A stretch of DNA of 64,000 nt from Bacilli bacterium (GTDB lineage Bacteria > Bacillota_I > Bacilli_A > RF39 > UBA660), in assembly GCA_017404555.1 (NCBI GenBank), contig JAFRCD010000002.1, positions 59,793 through 123,792 of the forward strand. The letters run 5' to 3'. The stretch's first letter is position 1; each line of letters opens with the position of its first letter. This document shows, one piece after another, positions 10,704 through 21,653 of this stretch. Under the pieces are notes generated by a model. That model was not told the DNA's origin. It did no database searches and was given only the letters and a program-made list of their open reading frames with translations. The translations under genes and the position numbers were made by a program.

Positions 10704-11693
10704 TTAATTTTCCTTTCCTAATAATTTATTACATTCTTCACAGGCTTCATCCTTCTTACCCATGAAGTATACTAAAAGCCCTCTCATGGCTGTTAGTCGA
10801 TTTTCAGCTTCATCGAAGCAAATAGAAACATTCTCATCATCCATAACATCATCAGTTACTTCTTCACCTCTAGTTGCTGGTAAACAGTGCATAAACTTAA
10901 CGTTTGGAGCACATTTAGCTAGTAACTCTTTATTAACTTGATATTTAGGATAGAATATTTTCATTCTCTCTTCTTTAGGCATTTCTGATTCATATAATCC
11001 ATACCAAACATCGGTATAAACGAAATCAGCATCTTTTAAGGCTTCTTCAGCATTATCAGTTATTAAGTAAGTACCTCCAGATACTTTACAGTTTTCTTCT
11101 AAAGAATCAATATAATCTCCTCGAAGTTGGAATCCCTCTGGTCCAAAGTGAACAAAGTGACCACCCATCTTCGTAATCATCATTCCAAGTGATGCACATA
11201 CTTGAGTACAATCACCAACAAAGACAACTTTGATATCTTCTAATCCTTTACCTTCTGGTAAGTGTTCAAAGATAGTAATGATGTCACCCATTTCCTGAGT
11301 TGGATGATTATAATCACTCATACCATTTAGTACTGGTACTTGTGAATATTGCGCTAACTCAGCAATAGTCTTATGCTCAATTACTCTAGCCATGATAATA
11401 TCAACAAGTCTTGACATAACAATAGCCGTATCCTTCATACTCTCATGTTTACCAAGTTGTAAGTTTCCTGGAGCAAAATACTGAGCATGTCCTCCTAACT
11501 GTGTCATCGCTGTCTCAAATGAAACCCTCGTTCTCGTAGAAGCTTGTTCAAAGATCATTCCTAAAGTCTTATGATATAACGTATTTAACGTATGACCAGC
11601 TTTAAGAGTTTTTTTGATTAATAAGCTTAACTGGAGAATATCCAAAAGTTCCTCTTTAGTAAAATCTTGGGTTGTAACATAATCTTTTTTCAA
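10704..11693 (-). CDS. aguB: Putrescine carbamoyltransferase
   Basis: Carbamoyltransferase STRTR motif (STRTRVSFE) and HCLP motif. The start codon appears to be TTG (caa at 11691-11693 on the plus strand), preceded by an AAGGAGG RBS. Confidence 0.8.
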   Translation of the reverse strand: MKKDYVTTQDFTKEELLDILQLSLLIKKTLKAGHTLNTLYHKTLGMIFEQASTRTRVSFETAMTQLGGHAQYFAPGNLQLGKHESMKDTAIVMSRLVDIIMARVIEHKTIAELAQYSQVPVLNGMSDYNHPTQEMGDIITIFEHLPEGKGLEDIKVVFVGDCTQVCASLGMMITKMGGHFVHFGPEGFQLRGDYIDSLEENCKVSGGTYLITDNAEEALKDADFVYTDVWYGLYESEMPKEERMKIFYPKYQVNKELLAKCAPNVKFMHCLPATRGEEVTDDVMDDENVSICFDEAENRLTAMRGLLVYFMGKKDEACEECNKLLGKEN

Positions 11694-11726
11694 ATTATCT
11701 ACTCCTCCTTATATTATTACAATACA

Positions 11727-11755
11727 ATTATAATTCTTATTTAAAAATTTTACAA
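11727..11755 (-). promoter_or_regulatory. Sigma-A-type promoter for the agu operon (TTGTAA-17-TATAAT)
   Basis: On the minus strand, -35 ttgtaa (11750-11755) and -10 tataat (11727-11732) are separated by exactly 17 nt and lie about 35 nt upstream of the aguB RBS. Confidence 0.5.
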
Positions 11756-11787
11756 TACTTTTACAGTTTCTTTACACTACTTTACTA

Positions 11788-12783
11788 TTATTTCATTTTA
11801 GCCCAAGTTTTATCATATTTTTTTATATTAGAACCTATATTACGAATATAGCTACCATTCTTTAATATTCTCTTAAGTTTTTTATTACTCATTTGGGAAA
11901 CATTTCTATTAGTCGCAATATATGGATATTCAGAAACTATTCTTTTAGCAATATCATCTCTTAATAAATAATCAATGAATAAATAGGCGTTATCAACATT
12001 TTTACTACCTTTAACAATACAATAATTATCCATACTTAAAGCATAACCATCTTTTGGATAAATAATCTTTATTTTAGGATTATACTCTTGAGCTAAAAGA
12101 GCTTCAGCATTCCATAAAAGACCAATATTTACTTCACCAGTCATTAAAAAGGTCTTTGGTGAATCACTATCAAAAGCTTTAACATTAGGTTTCATCTTTA
12201 AGAAGAATTTTTTAGCCTCTTCTAAATGCTTGTCATTAGTATCATTAATGTCATATCCATTAACTTGAAGACAAGCACCAATAATTATTCTTTGATCATC
12301 AATTAAAACAATATCATTTTCATACTTCTTATTTAAAAGATCTTTATACCCTTCTATATTTTCTTTAATATGTTCAGTATTAACTGCTAAAACAGAAGTA
12401 GCTAATAAAAATGGTAGAGAATAATTGTTTTTAGAATCATATTCTTGTTTTAAGAAAAGAGGATTAATGTTTTCATAATTATTAAATCTCTTTTTATCTA
12501 TTTTAGTTAACATCTTCTTTTCTTTCATTAAAGAAACCATATAATCACTAGGAAAGACCACATCATATGTTCCTTTTTTAGATGAAGAAAGCTTCGCCAA
12601 AAGTTCCTCGTTAGAAGAATAAGTACCATAATTAACTTTAATATTATACTCTTCTTCGAAATCACTAATGACATCATCAGGAATATAACTGGTCCAGTTT
12701 AATACATTTAATTGATTAGTGCTTTTACTAGTACAACCCGTTATTAATAATAGACCTATTAGGAAGAAAAGAATCTTTTTCAT
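11788..12783 (-). CDS. potD: Spermidine/putrescine ABC transporter substrate-binding lipoprotein
   Basis: Lipobox ITGCTS; PotD-family periplasmic binding-protein profile; last gene after potA, potB and potC. Confidence 0.8.
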   Translation of the reverse strand: MKKILFFLIGLLLITGCTSKSTNQLNVLNWTSYIPDDVISDFEEEYNIKVNYGTYSSNEELLAKLSSSKKGTYDVVFPSDYMVSLMKEKKMLTKIDKKRFNNYENINPLFLKQEYDSKNNYSLPFLLATSVLAVNTEHIKENIEGYKDLLNKKYENDIVLIDDQRIIIGACLQVNGYDINDTNDKHLEEAKKFFLKMKPNVKAFDSDSPKTFLMTGEVNIGLLWNAEALLAQEYNPKIKIIYPKDGYALSMDNYCIVKGSKNVDNAYLFIDYLLRDDIAKRIVSEYPYIATNRNVSQMSNKKLKRILKNGSYIRNIGSNIKKYDKTWAKMK

Positions 12784-13574
12784 GCTACCACCTTCTTCCT
12801 AATCTTTCTTGATTGATAAATTATTGAAATAGTTAAGATGATAATTACCGTTAGTAGCATTAAACTAGTTAAGGCATTGACATCCGGAGTAATTCCCGTT
12901 TTAATCATTGAATATATCTTTAATGGTAAAGTGTTACTACCAGGCCCAGCTGTAAAGTAAGAAATAACTACATCATCCATTGATAACGTAAAAGCTAAAG
13001 TAGCTCCACTAATAACTCCTGGTCTTATAAGCGGCAAAGTTATCTCTTTAAATACTTTGAACTTGGAAGCACCTAAGTCTTCAGCTGCTTCTTCAATCTT
13101 TTTAGTTGTATCAGATAAAGTTGAACGAACACTAGTAATTACAAAAGGAATAGAAAAAGCAATATGCGATAAAATTAAAGTAAACATTCCTAAATTAAGA
13201 TTCATTAAAGTATAAACACTAAGTAAGGCAATACCTAATACTATTTCTGGAATAATAATTGGTATATAAAGTAATTTGTTCACAAAGTTTTTACCAAGGA
13301 ATTTATACTTATATAAACCAACAGCAGCGGTAGTACCAATAACTGTTGAAGTAACAGTAGATGTTACAGCAATAATAATTGTATTTATAAATGCTTCTAA
13401 AAGATCTCTATTTTTAAATAGTTCAGTATACCATTTTGTGGTAAAACCAGTGAAAACAATGTTAGTTTTGGCTTTATTAAAAGAATAAATGACTAAAACT
13501 GCAATTGGTAAATAAAGAAAGATAAAGACTAAAATGATAAAGAGGTTTCTTAAGAATTTATTTTTATGTTCCAT
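12780..13574 (-). CDS. potC: Spermidine/putrescine ABC transporter permease
   Basis: Six-TM permease with the EAA-type loop (EAAEDLGASKF). Confidence 0.85.
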   Translation of the reverse strand: MEHKNKFLRNLFIILVFIFLYLPIAVLVIYSFNKAKTNIVFTGFTTKWYTELFKNRDLLEAFINTIIIAVTSTVTSTVIGTTAAVGLYKYKFLGKNFVNKLLYIPIIIPEIVLGIALLSVYTLMNLNLGMFTLILSHIAFSIPFVITSVRSTLSDTTKKIEEAAEDLGASKFKVFKEITLPLIRPGVISGATLAFTLSMDDVVISYFTAGPGSNTLPLKIYSMIKTGITPDVNALTSLMLLTVIIILTISIIYQSRKIRKKVVA

Positions 13575-13575
13575 C

Positions 13576-14442
13576 TTACATTCCTCCTAACTCATCGATG
13601 TTTCCACCGATTTTCTTATATACTCTAACTAGAAGGAAAGTTACAATAATTAAGAAAATAGAAATAGCAGAACCAAAAGGCCAGTTACGGGCTGTTAAGA
13701 ATTGATCTTTGATTAAGTTACCAATAATCATTTGTTTTCCGCCACCTAAAATATCAGAAATAAAGAAATAACCAATAGCTGGGATAAAGACCATTAAAGA
13801 ACCATTAAAGGCTCCTGAAATTGTTTCTTTAAAGATAATATCTTTAAAAACATGGAATTTATTAGCTCCTAAGTCTTTAGCGGCCTTAATTAGATTAGGA
13901 TCTAATTTATTAACCGCAGCATAAACTGGTAATATCATAAAAGGAAGTAAGGTATAAACCATACCAATAATAATACCAATATTGTTATACATTAAACTTA
14001 AAGGTTCTTTAATAATATTTAGGGAAGTTAACCCATTATTAATAATTCCGTTTTTGCGAAGTAAAACAATCCAACCATAAGTTCTAATAAGGGAATTAGT
14101 AAGAAAGGGAATCATTACTAACTTAATTAAAGCATTTCGAACTTCTTCTTTTTTATCCATTAAAAAGATGGCGAATGGATAAGCAATCACTAAACAAATT
14201 AACGTTGTTATAATTCCAATTAAAGCTGATTTGGCAAATATTAATAAATAAGTACTATCAATAATCGTTAAATAATTAACAATACTAAAATGGTAGTTAA
14301 TACCTCCAACATAGTCTGTTTCACAGAAACTTAAAAATAATATATAGAGAAGTGGTAAAAGAATTAAAACAAAACTATATATTACTACTGGCCATAAAGA
14401 AATATTTTTAAAAAGATCTAACTTCTTATTCATTTTTGTCAC
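13576..14442 (-). CDS. potB: Spermidine/putrescine ABC transporter permease
   Basis: Six-TM permease with the EAA-type loop (KAAKDLGANKF). Confidence 0.85.
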   Translation of the reverse strand: MTKMNKKLDLFKNISLWPVVIYSFVLILLPLLYILFLSFCETDYVGGINYHFSIVNYLTIIDSTYLLIFAKSALIGIITTLICLVIAYPFAIFLMDKKEEVRNALIKLVMIPFLTNSLIRTYGWIVLLRKNGIINNGLTSLNIIKEPLSLMYNNIGIIIGMVYTLLPFMILPVYAAVNKLDPNLIKAAKDLGANKFHVFKDIIFKETISGAFNGSLMVFIPAIGYFFISDILGGGKQMIIGNLIKDQFLTARNWPFGSAISIFLIIVTFLLVRVYKKIGGNIDELGGM

Positions 14443-15502
14443 CTAAAACAATAATATATTTTTTAGGAACTTTAAGATATACATCACTACCCTCTTTAAA
14501 AGAAGAGGCATCCATTAAATTTATTCTTAATTCGGTATTATCTTTTTGAACAATTAATTTAGTAATCATACCATCATAAATATATTCTTTAACAACTCCT
14601 TTGAAGGAATCAAGACTTTCAATAGAACTAATATCAAAGCATTCAGGTCTAATAACAACTGTTTTCTCTTCCCCTACTTGATAATTTTTATTATCAATTG
14701 TTAAGTCCATATTATCAGGTAACGAAACAACTGCTTCATTTTCACTTACTTTCGTTATTTTACCAGTTAGTATATTAGCTTCACCAATGAAGTCTGCAAC
14801 AAACTTAGTATGTGGTTTCCGATAAATGTTTTCAGGAGTATCAATTTGTTCTACTGTACCATTATTAATAATCGCAATTCGATCAGACATGGTTAAAGCC
14901 TCATCTTGATCATGAGTAACATAAATAAAAGTAATCCCTAGTTGTTTTTGAATCTTTTTAAGTTCAATCTGCATCTCCCGTTTTAACTTTAAATCTAAAG
15001 ACGCTAAAGATTCATCAAGTAAAAGTACTTTATGATTTAAAACAATTCCCCGGGCAATCGCTACTCTTTGTTGTTGTCCACCAGAAAGTTCATCTGGTTT
15101 TCTATTTTCGAAACCCTTTAGTTTAACTAAATTAATCGCATCTTTAATTCTTTTATCTGCTTCAGTTCTAGGTACTTTATGCATTTTTAAACCGAAATCT
15201 ATATTATCCCAAACAGTCATATGTGGGAATAAAGCAAAATTTTGGAAAATAGTATTTACTTCTCTTTTAGCAGGTACAATATCAGTAACGTCTTTACCAT
15301 CAATAATTACTTTACCACTAGTTACTTTTTCCAAACCCGAAATCATTCTTAAAATAGTTGTCTTTCCACAACCAGAAGGTCCTAAAAGGGTTAAAAACTC
15401 CCCTTCATAGATATCGAGATTTAAATCTTTGATAACGTGTTCTTTACCAAATTTTTTAGATAAGTTTTTTAATTCTACTAATACCCTTTTCATTCTATCC
15501 AC
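14426..15502 (-). CDS. potA: Spermidine/putrescine ABC transporter ATP-binding protein
   Basis: Walker A GPSGCGKTT, signature LSGGQQQRVAIAR, and a C-terminal TOBE-like regulatory domain. Confidence 0.9.
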   Translation of the reverse strand: MDRMKRVLVELKNLSKKFGKEHVIKDLNLDIYEGEFLTLLGPSGCGKTTILRMISGLEKVTSGKVIIDGKDVTDIVPAKREVNTIFQNFALFPHMTVWDNIDFGLKMHKVPRTEADKRIKDAINLVKLKGFENRKPDELSGGQQQRVAIARGIVLNHKVLLLDESLASLDLKLKREMQIELKKIQKQLGITFIYVTHDQDEALTMSDRIAIINNGTVEQIDTPENIYRKPHTKFVADFIGEANILTGKITKVSENEAVVSLPDNMDLTIDNKNYQVGEEKTVVIRPECFDISSIESLDSFKGVVKEYIYDGMITKLIVQKDNTELRINLMDASSFKEGSDVYLKVPKKYIIVLGDKNE

Positions 15503-15535
15503 CTATTATAATTATACCTGTTATTTATTTAAAAG

Positions 15536-15563
15536 TAAATAAAAAGTCAGTTATTACTGACTA
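15536..15563 (-). terminator. Rho-independent terminator after lepB
   Basis: Hairpin agtcag-ttatta-ctgact overlapping the lepB stop, followed by a U-run on the transcript. Confidence 0.5.
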
Positions 15564-16070
15564 TTTTTTATTACCAAATCTATTAAACGGATAAATAGTA
15601 AATGTAGCATGTCCTAAAATATCTTTTATATTAACAGGACCTATAATTCTACTATCCTGAGAATGTGGTCTATTATCTCCCATGACAAAGTATTCTTTTT
15701 CTTTTAATTTAACTTCTTCAAAATCAGCTGTATCCGCATGATAAAACTTTTCTTTGACTGGTTTATTATTAATATATAAAGTTCCACCACTATAAGATAC
15801 TTTCTCACCAGGTAGACCAATTACTCTTTTAATAATATATTCATTTTGATATTTAATTACTACAATATCAAAACGCTCTATCTTTTTAAGTTTATATCTT
15901 GTCTTATTTAAAAACATTATATCTTTATCGTGTAAAGTATAATACATTGAAGCTCCGTTTACTTTAATAGGAGTTACAACAAATGTCTTAACTAGAATCA
16001 CAACAACAATAATTATTAAATAAGGTATTAATTCTTTAAACTGTTTACTATTCATATTATCCCTCTTCAT
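15561..16070 (-). CDS. lepB: Signal peptidase I
   Basis: The GASMYYTL (catalytic Ser) and GDNRPHSQDSR boxes. Confidence 0.85.
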   Translation of the reverse strand: MKRDNMNSKQFKELIPYLIIIVVVILVKTFVVTPIKVNGASMYYTLHDKDIMFLNKTRYKLKKIERFDIVVIKYQNEYIIKRVIGLPGEKVSYSGGTLYINNKPVKEKFYHADTADFEEVKLKEKEYFVMGDNRPHSQDSRIIGPVNIKDILGHATFTIYPFNRFGNKK

Positions 16071-16121
16071 CTAATATTATAATTAATCTTCCTCTCAGCT
16101 TCAAGTAAAAAAAAGAAGTGT

Positions 16122-16487
16122 TTACGCTTCTTTGTCTTTTTTCTGAGTTCCTCTTTCTTTAATACGGTATTGACCAACCATATCTTTTAAGAAGTTTAGT
16201 TTAGCTCTTCTAACTTTTCCTTTACGAACTACTGTAATTTTATCCACTTTTGGTGAATGAATTGGGAATGTTCTTTCTACCCCAACACCACTGGATACTT
16301 TACGAACAGTAAATGTCTCAGAAACGCTACCACCACGGCGAGCAACAACTATTCCTTCAAAAGCTTGGATACGTTCTCTTTTACCCTCGATGATCTTAAC
16401 ATCAACACGAACAGTATCTCCTACACGGAATTCAGGAACATCTTTTTTCATTTGTTTAGTATTAATCTTATCAATAACATTACTCAT
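16122..16487 (-). CDS. rplS: 50S ribosomal protein L19
   Basis: Full-length match to the L19 family (FRVGDTVRV ... RRGGS ... FTVRK). Confidence 0.95.
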   Translation of the reverse strand: MSNVIDKINTKQMKKDVPEFRVGDTVRVDVKIIEGKRERIQAFEGIVVARRGGSVSETFTVRKVSSGVGVERTFPIHSPKVDKITVVRKGKVRRAKLNFLKDMVGQYRIKERGTQKKDKEA

Positions 16488-16611
16488 GAATAGGTCTCCT
16501 TTCTAAATATATAATCCAGTAATCATTACATTAATAAGCGGATTACTTTCCAACGTGTTAAATTATACCATCTATTTAGAGAAAATGCAAGAAGATAAAG
16601 AAAAAGAACCA

Positions 16612-17304
16612 TTATTTGGCTCTTATTGCATATATATATGAATTTATTTTAGCTATCCAAGTACCGCTTTCAGCATATCTTGGACCAATAAGTTCAACTG
16701 TATTTAGTCCTCTACTATAGTAATTACGAGCTAGATTATCAATCATACCAACAATTCCGGCATCAAGTGTTGGATAACCTTTATAACCACCATTACCACA
16801 GACTGGAGATCCTTTTTGACCACCAACATTATTACAAGCTACTACTAGATTACTACAACGCCAATTACAACCAGTTTCGTGTAACATAATAGCGGTCGCT
16901 ACTATAGGGTCAACACCAACTTGTAAAGAGTGCTCCGCAATTAAACGTCCTTTACCAGCTAAATTACTATTTAAACTACGATCTAGTTTAGCAGCTAGTT
17001 CATCAAGCGTCATATGCTCATATACTTCTACTCTTGGTGGAGTTACTGGTTTTGGTTCTTCTTTTGGTACCGCTTCCATAGAAACTGCTTCTACTTTAGC
17101 CTCTTCTTTTTTAGGCTCTTCAGTAACCTTAGGAACTACTCTTTTCGCAGCCGCTAAATCTTTAACTTCCACTACATCAGTAGAAATAACTGTACTTTCT
17201 ACTTTTTTCTTTAAATTTATATTGTGTTCAACAAAACCTGCTACAGCAAACATCACCCAAGCTGTAACAACTAGTAGAGCCCCAATTATTCGATATTTAT
17301 TCAT
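16612..17304 (-). CDS. Membrane-anchored putative peptidoglycan hydrolase (GH73 glucosaminidase-like, cysteine-rich)
   Basis: N-terminal TM helix and a Lys/Glu/Pro-rich linker. The C-terminal domain has GH73-like blocks (LHETG, ACNNVGGQKG, YKGYPTLDAGI ... ARNYY). Confidence 0.4.
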   Translation of the reverse strand: MNKYRIIGALLVVTAWVMFAVAGFVEHNINLKKKVESTVISTDVVEVKDLAAAKRVVPKVTEEPKKEEAKVEAVSMEAVPKEEPKPVTPPRVEVYEHMTLDELAAKLDRSLNSNLAGKGRLIAEHSLQVGVDPIVATAIMLHETGCNWRCSNLVVACNNVGGQKGSPVCGNGGYKGYPTLDAGIVGMIDNLARNYYSRGLNTVELIGPRYAESGTWIAKINSYIYAIRAK

Positions 17305-17367
17305 GAGTACACCTCTTTATAAACATATTAATATTACCATCAATATATTATCTTGTCAATTCGACAA

Positions 17368-18942
17368 TTATCGCAACTTAAATGTTAAATAAGCTCGTTT
17401 ATAGACAAGAATTAGCGCTATTATAATATATAAAGCAGCTGCAATTATAACCATTAATGAAAAGTTTAAAGGAGCAAAGTGATAATGAGTACTTTCATAA
17501 CAAACAAAATAAGTTAAAAAGCTTACTATACTATAACTAATACTTTTCATGCGTAGATTTACATCATAAGGTTGTAATAAATAATAGATTACCAAATAAT
17601 GTACTGAGAAAAAGACACTAATCGCAATAACAGCTATAAATAATAGGATGTATTCCATAATACTCAAAGGATTAGTACTTAGAATTAGGATTGTTATTAA
17701 GCCTCCTCCCAGTACTAAGGCTGGTAAAAGATTAACTTTAGTGACTATTTTAAGTCTTTCTTTAAAAAGATTTAATATTACTTTTGGTTCCCTATAAAAA
17801 TTAAAGGAAAGCATAAAATGATCACAGTTAATAAACATGGCTTCAGTAATAATAGAACCTCGATTAATAAAATACATGATAATCAAAAGTGCTGGTAAAA
17901 ATTTAATAATGCCATCCCCTATTTCTTTAGCGTAATTATCACTAAATAATATTAAAATAATAGCTCCAATAATTACTACCCCAATGAAAAAAGTAAAATG
18001 AAGAGCTGATCTTTGTAGTATTGCTTTATGTCTTTCAAAGAAAATAGTATTAAAATAATTATAGCCATGTTTATTCTTTAGTTTTCTAGGATCAATATGA
18101 TAGTCTTTTTTTCTAATTTCTACAGCCATTTCCCTAGTAGTCATATTTTTACTTTCTTGTGCCATTATAACACTTTGACTATTAATCTGTTTAAAGAAGA
18201 ATGGTAGTTTATCTTCTTTAGATATTTTAATAAAACTAAGAATAGCTAATCCTAAAGAAATAATAGATCCAATAAATAAAAACAAGAAAGGAATCTTTAC
18301 TTTTAATAGAACTATTAATAATAGAATAATTCCTACAATAATTAGAACTGTCGTTACTAAAAAGGTCGAAGTAATTACTTTTTTATTGTATTTTTTATAA
18401 TATAAAATATTTAGATATTCACCTATTACTTTTATAGATACTGATATTAAGGATATCAATAATATAGTTACAATATCTAAGTGTAAGATACTATTAAAAG
18501 TAAGCATTACTAGTGTATTAAGAAGTATATCACGAATAAAACTATATATAATATAAGCACAACTATACTTATTCGCATCCATTCCTAATAAAATAACATT
18601 ATAATACTTTTTAATACCACTTTTTAAAGTATCGGTATTTAAACACATTCCCACAATAGTAAGCGCAAGAAAGACTTCTTTAAAACAACTTGTTCTTTTC
18701 AAAAGATATAAAAGATAAATAATAATTCCAAAATAGAATATTCTAAAAGCAACTAATCTTAAAAAAGATAAAACTAATGATAAGTATCTAATAAAAGTCT
18801 TTAAACCTTTTTTCTGATAGTAATTACCCGTAAAAATACCTTTAAGAAGTTTGTTATGGGTAAGAGCATAAACAAAAGAATTAAAGGCTGATACAATATC
18901 AATTTCAAAAGACTTTTTTAATGTCTTAAACATCTTTCTCAT
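17368..18942 (-). CDS. Large polytopic membrane protein, probable permease partner of the adjacent ABC ATPase
   Basis: Many hydrophobic helices; overlaps the upstream ATPase gene. Confidence 0.45.
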   Translation of the reverse strand: MRKMFKTLKKSFEIDIVSAFNSFVYALTHNKLLKGIFTGNYYQKKGLKTFIRYLSLVLSFLRLVAFRIFYFGIIIYLLYLLKRTSCFKEVFLALTIVGMCLNTDTLKSGIKKYYNVILLGMDANKYSCAYIIYSFIRDILLNTLVMLTFNSILHLDIVTILLISLISVSIKVIGEYLNILYYKKYNKKVITSTFLVTTVLIIVGIILLLIVLLKVKIPFLFLFIGSIISLGLAILSFIKISKEDKLPFFFKQINSQSVIMAQESKNMTTREMAVEIRKKDYHIDPRKLKNKHGYNYFNTIFFERHKAILQRSALHFTFFIGVVIIGAIILILFSDNYAKEIGDGIIKFLPALLIIMYFINRGSIITEAMFINCDHFMLSFNFYREPKVILNLFKERLKIVTKVNLLPALVLGGGLITILILSTNPLSIMEYILLFIAVIAISVFFSVHYLVIYYLLQPYDVNLRMKSISYSIVSFLTYFVCYESTHYHFAPLNFSLMVIIAAALYIIIALILVYKRAYLTFKLR

Positions 18943-19630
18943 CCTTTAAGGCATTAATAATCTTGTTTTTATACTTAGTAGTATTTAAGTTTTTCTTTTC
19001 TACTAATTCTAACTTTTTATTATTAATAATTACTATTTCATCACATAAAGATAGTGCTAGTTCTAATATGTGAGTTGAAAAAATAATAATATGTTCCTTC
19101 TTTTTCTTCTTTAAGAGTGTTTTCATCTCTTCACTAACAACAACATCTAATGATGTTAAAGGTTCATCTAAAAGCAAAACATCTTTATTATCAATAAAAT
19201 TAATTAAAAGTTGCATTTTGTTTTTCATACCATGAGAATAATCCTTCATTAATTTATCCCCATCTTCTTTAGATAATCTAACCATCTTTAGATATTCATC
19301 AATACTTTTTAAATCTTTTATTTTATCTTCATTAATATCTAAGAAGAATTGTAAGAATTCTCTACCAGTTAAAAACTCAGGTACTTTAGGAGTTGCGATA
19401 ACATAGCCAATATCTTTAGACTTTAGAGGGAATCTAATTTCTTTTTCTAAGTAGATATCACCACTAGTTTTTTCAATATCCTCATTTAGACAATTGAAAA
19501 AGGTCGTTTTACCGGCTCCATTACGACCAATAAGACCATATATCTTACCTTCTTCAAAAGTAAAGTTAACATCGTCTAATACTCTATTATCACCATAATC
19601 TTTAGTTAAGTTTTCTACTACTAACTTCAT
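18926..19630 (-). CDS. ABC transporter ATP-binding protein
   Basis: Walker A GRNGAGKTT, Q-loop, and signature-like region LLLDEPLTSLD. Confidence 0.8.
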   Translation of the reverse strand: MKLVVENLTKDYGDNRVLDDVNFTFEEGKIYGLIGRNGAGKTTFFNCLNEDIEKTSGDIYLEKEIRFPLKSKDIGYVIATPKVPEFLTGREFLQFFLDINEDKIKDLKSIDEYLKMVRLSKEDGDKLMKDYSHGMKNKMQLLINFIDNKDVLLLDEPLTSLDVVVSEEMKTLLKKKKKEHIIIFSTHILELALSLCDEIVIINNKKLELVEKKNLNTTKYKNKIINALKDEKDV

Positions 19631-19643
19631 AAATCTTCTCCTC

Positions 19644-21017
19644 TTAGTTATTATATTTATTGATTAAATCAGTAAACTCCTTTTCTAATTCTTCTAATCT
19701 TTCTTTAGTTTTGGCCTCAAAACGAGCTGTTATATTAGGGCCAGTATTACTAGCTCTAACTAAAGCAAAGGCATCAGGATATAATACTTTAACCCCGTCA
19801 ATATCTAAATACTTATAGTTTTTTTCTTCTGCATACTCTTTGATTCTTTCTACAACATTAAATTTCTTATCATCAGGTGAAGCAAATTTTATCTCTTCAG
19901 TAGAATAGTATTTTTCCATACCCTCTAATAATTCATCAACAGTTTTATCAGTCTTAGAAAGAATCTCTAATAATCTTAGACCTGCATAAAGTCCACTATC
20001 AAAACCTGGCCAACGGTCTCTAAAGTAAACGTGTCCTGATAACTCCCCACCAAAAGGCAAGTCATCATCACGTACTTTAGTCTTAGTATAAGAATTTCCA
20101 GTTCTAAAACAAATACCCTTGCCGCCTAATTTTTCAATTTCATCTTCTAAAGCTTTAGAACATTTAATATCATATAGAAACTCTTTTTTAGAAACTTTAT
20201 TAATAATATCTCTAATGATAATGATCATATATTGATCAGTAGGAATAAAGTTTAAATTACTAGATACTACTCCCAAACGATCTCCATCTCCATCAAAAGC
20301 TAATCCAACATCAGCACCCTCTTCTTTCACTTTAGCTTTTAATTGGTCTAAATTCTCTTCTACACAAGGATCGGGATGATGATTAGGAAAAGTACCATCT
20401 GATTCACCATTAATAGTTATTAAATCTATTGGGAACATTTTATATAATTCCTCAGCAATAATACTAGTAGTTCCATTACCTGGATCAATTACTACTTTTA
20501 GTCTTCTATCGCCGAAGTGTAAATTTTCTTTAAATAGTTTTAAATAATCTTCTCTAATATTCTCTTCTCTTAGATGACCTTCGCCTTCAGTGAAGTTACC
20601 AGCAGTAGTAAAATAATAGAAATCCTCAATCTCTTTTCCTTTAATATTACCAGACTCATCAATAGCCATTTTAAAACCATTATCATCTTTTGGATTATGT
20701 GAAGCTGTTACCATGATGCCTGAAGGATTATTATATTTAATAGCGGCATAATAATACATAGGAGTCGTGACCAATCCTAGAGAAATAACATCAGTACCAC
20801 TTTCTAAAAGACCTTTAATTAAGGCATTATATAACTCATCACTAGAGATACGGTTATCATGACCTACTAAACAGGTATCTTTACCAAACTTTTTTAGATA
20901 ACTACCAAAACTTTTACCTATGGTATAAGCAAAGTTAGCATCTAAATCTTTACCCGCAACACCTCTAATATCATACCCTCGAAATACACTTTTATCTAAT
21001 TCTTTTAAAATCTCCAT
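19644..21017 (-). CDS. Phosphoglucomutase/phosphomannomutase family protein
   Basis: Active-site TASHNPKDDNGFK phosphoserine loop and the GDGDR Mg-binding motif. Confidence 0.8.
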   Translation of the reverse strand: MEILKELDKSVFRGYDIRGVAGKDLDANFAYTIGKSFGSYLKKFGKDTCLVGHDNRISSDELYNALIKGLLESGTDVISLGLVTTPMYYYAAIKYNNPSGIMVTASHNPKDDNGFKMAIDESGNIKGKEIEDFYYFTTAGNFTEGEGHLREENIREDYLKLFKENLHFGDRRLKVVIDPGNGTTSIIAEELYKMFPIDLITINGESDGTFPNHHPDPCVEENLDQLKAKVKEEGADVGLAFDGDGDRLGVVSSNLNFIPTDQYMIIIIRDIINKVSKKEFLYDIKCSKALEDEIEKLGGKGICFRTGNSYTKTKVRDDDLPFGGELSGHVYFRDRWPGFDSGLYAGLRLLEILSKTDKTVDELLEGMEKYYSTEEIKFASPDDKKFNVVERIKEYAEEKNYKYLDIDGVKVLYPDAFALVRASNTGPNITARFEAKTKERLEELEKEFTDLINKYNN

Positions 21018-21534
21018 TTTTATTATCCTCCTTTATATTTAAAAATATATTTTCCATTTTTATTAATTTGTCTTCCTCTATACTCTGATCAAAAGAATGA
21101 ACATATTCATAGAAAAGAGTTTGATCAATTCTACTAAAACTATCACATAATAATAAATCTGAAAGTTTTTTACCTGTTTCTGTTTTAACTAATTCTTCAT
21201 TTGGAAAAACACCTAACTTTTCATTTAGTTCTTCATCTCTAAAAACAAATTGTTCATAAGTAGGATCAACTAAATAATAATCATCTTCGATATTATCAAA
21301 AACCAAGACAAATTTATGACTGAACTTACTATTACTAACATCACTAATATCAACAATTCTATTTAAAATGTGCTTGCTATTTAATTCATGACTAATATTA
21401 TTAGCGACATAAGTACATAAACCCTCTGTTTCATAAATATCCCGCATTTCTTTATCAATTACAAAAGCAATTTGTTTAGTAATGGGAATATTTGCAGGTT
21501 TTAAAATTTTATAATATTCTTTTAATTCTTTCAT
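20992..21534 (-). CDS. Hypothetical protein (180 aa)
   Basis: ORF only, no recognisable motif. Overlaps the downstream phosphomutase gene by 26 nt. Confidence 0.3.
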   Translation of the reverse strand: MKELKEYYKILKPANIPITKQIAFVIDKEMRDIYETEGLCTYVANNISHELNSKHILNRIVDISDVSNSKFSHKFVLVFDNIEDDYYLVDPTYEQFVFRDEELNEKLGVFPNEELVKTETGKKLSDLLLCDSFSRIDQTLFYEYVHSFDQSIEEDKLIKMENIFLNIKEDNKNGDFKRIR

Positions 21535-21653
21535 AGTCTTCTCCTCTTGCTAATTTTTATCTGAATAATTAATAGTAATAAAAAATGATTAAAAGTGCCT
21601 AGGCATTCCATCGTTATCAACTATAAAAATGATATCATAGATACCCAAAATAA

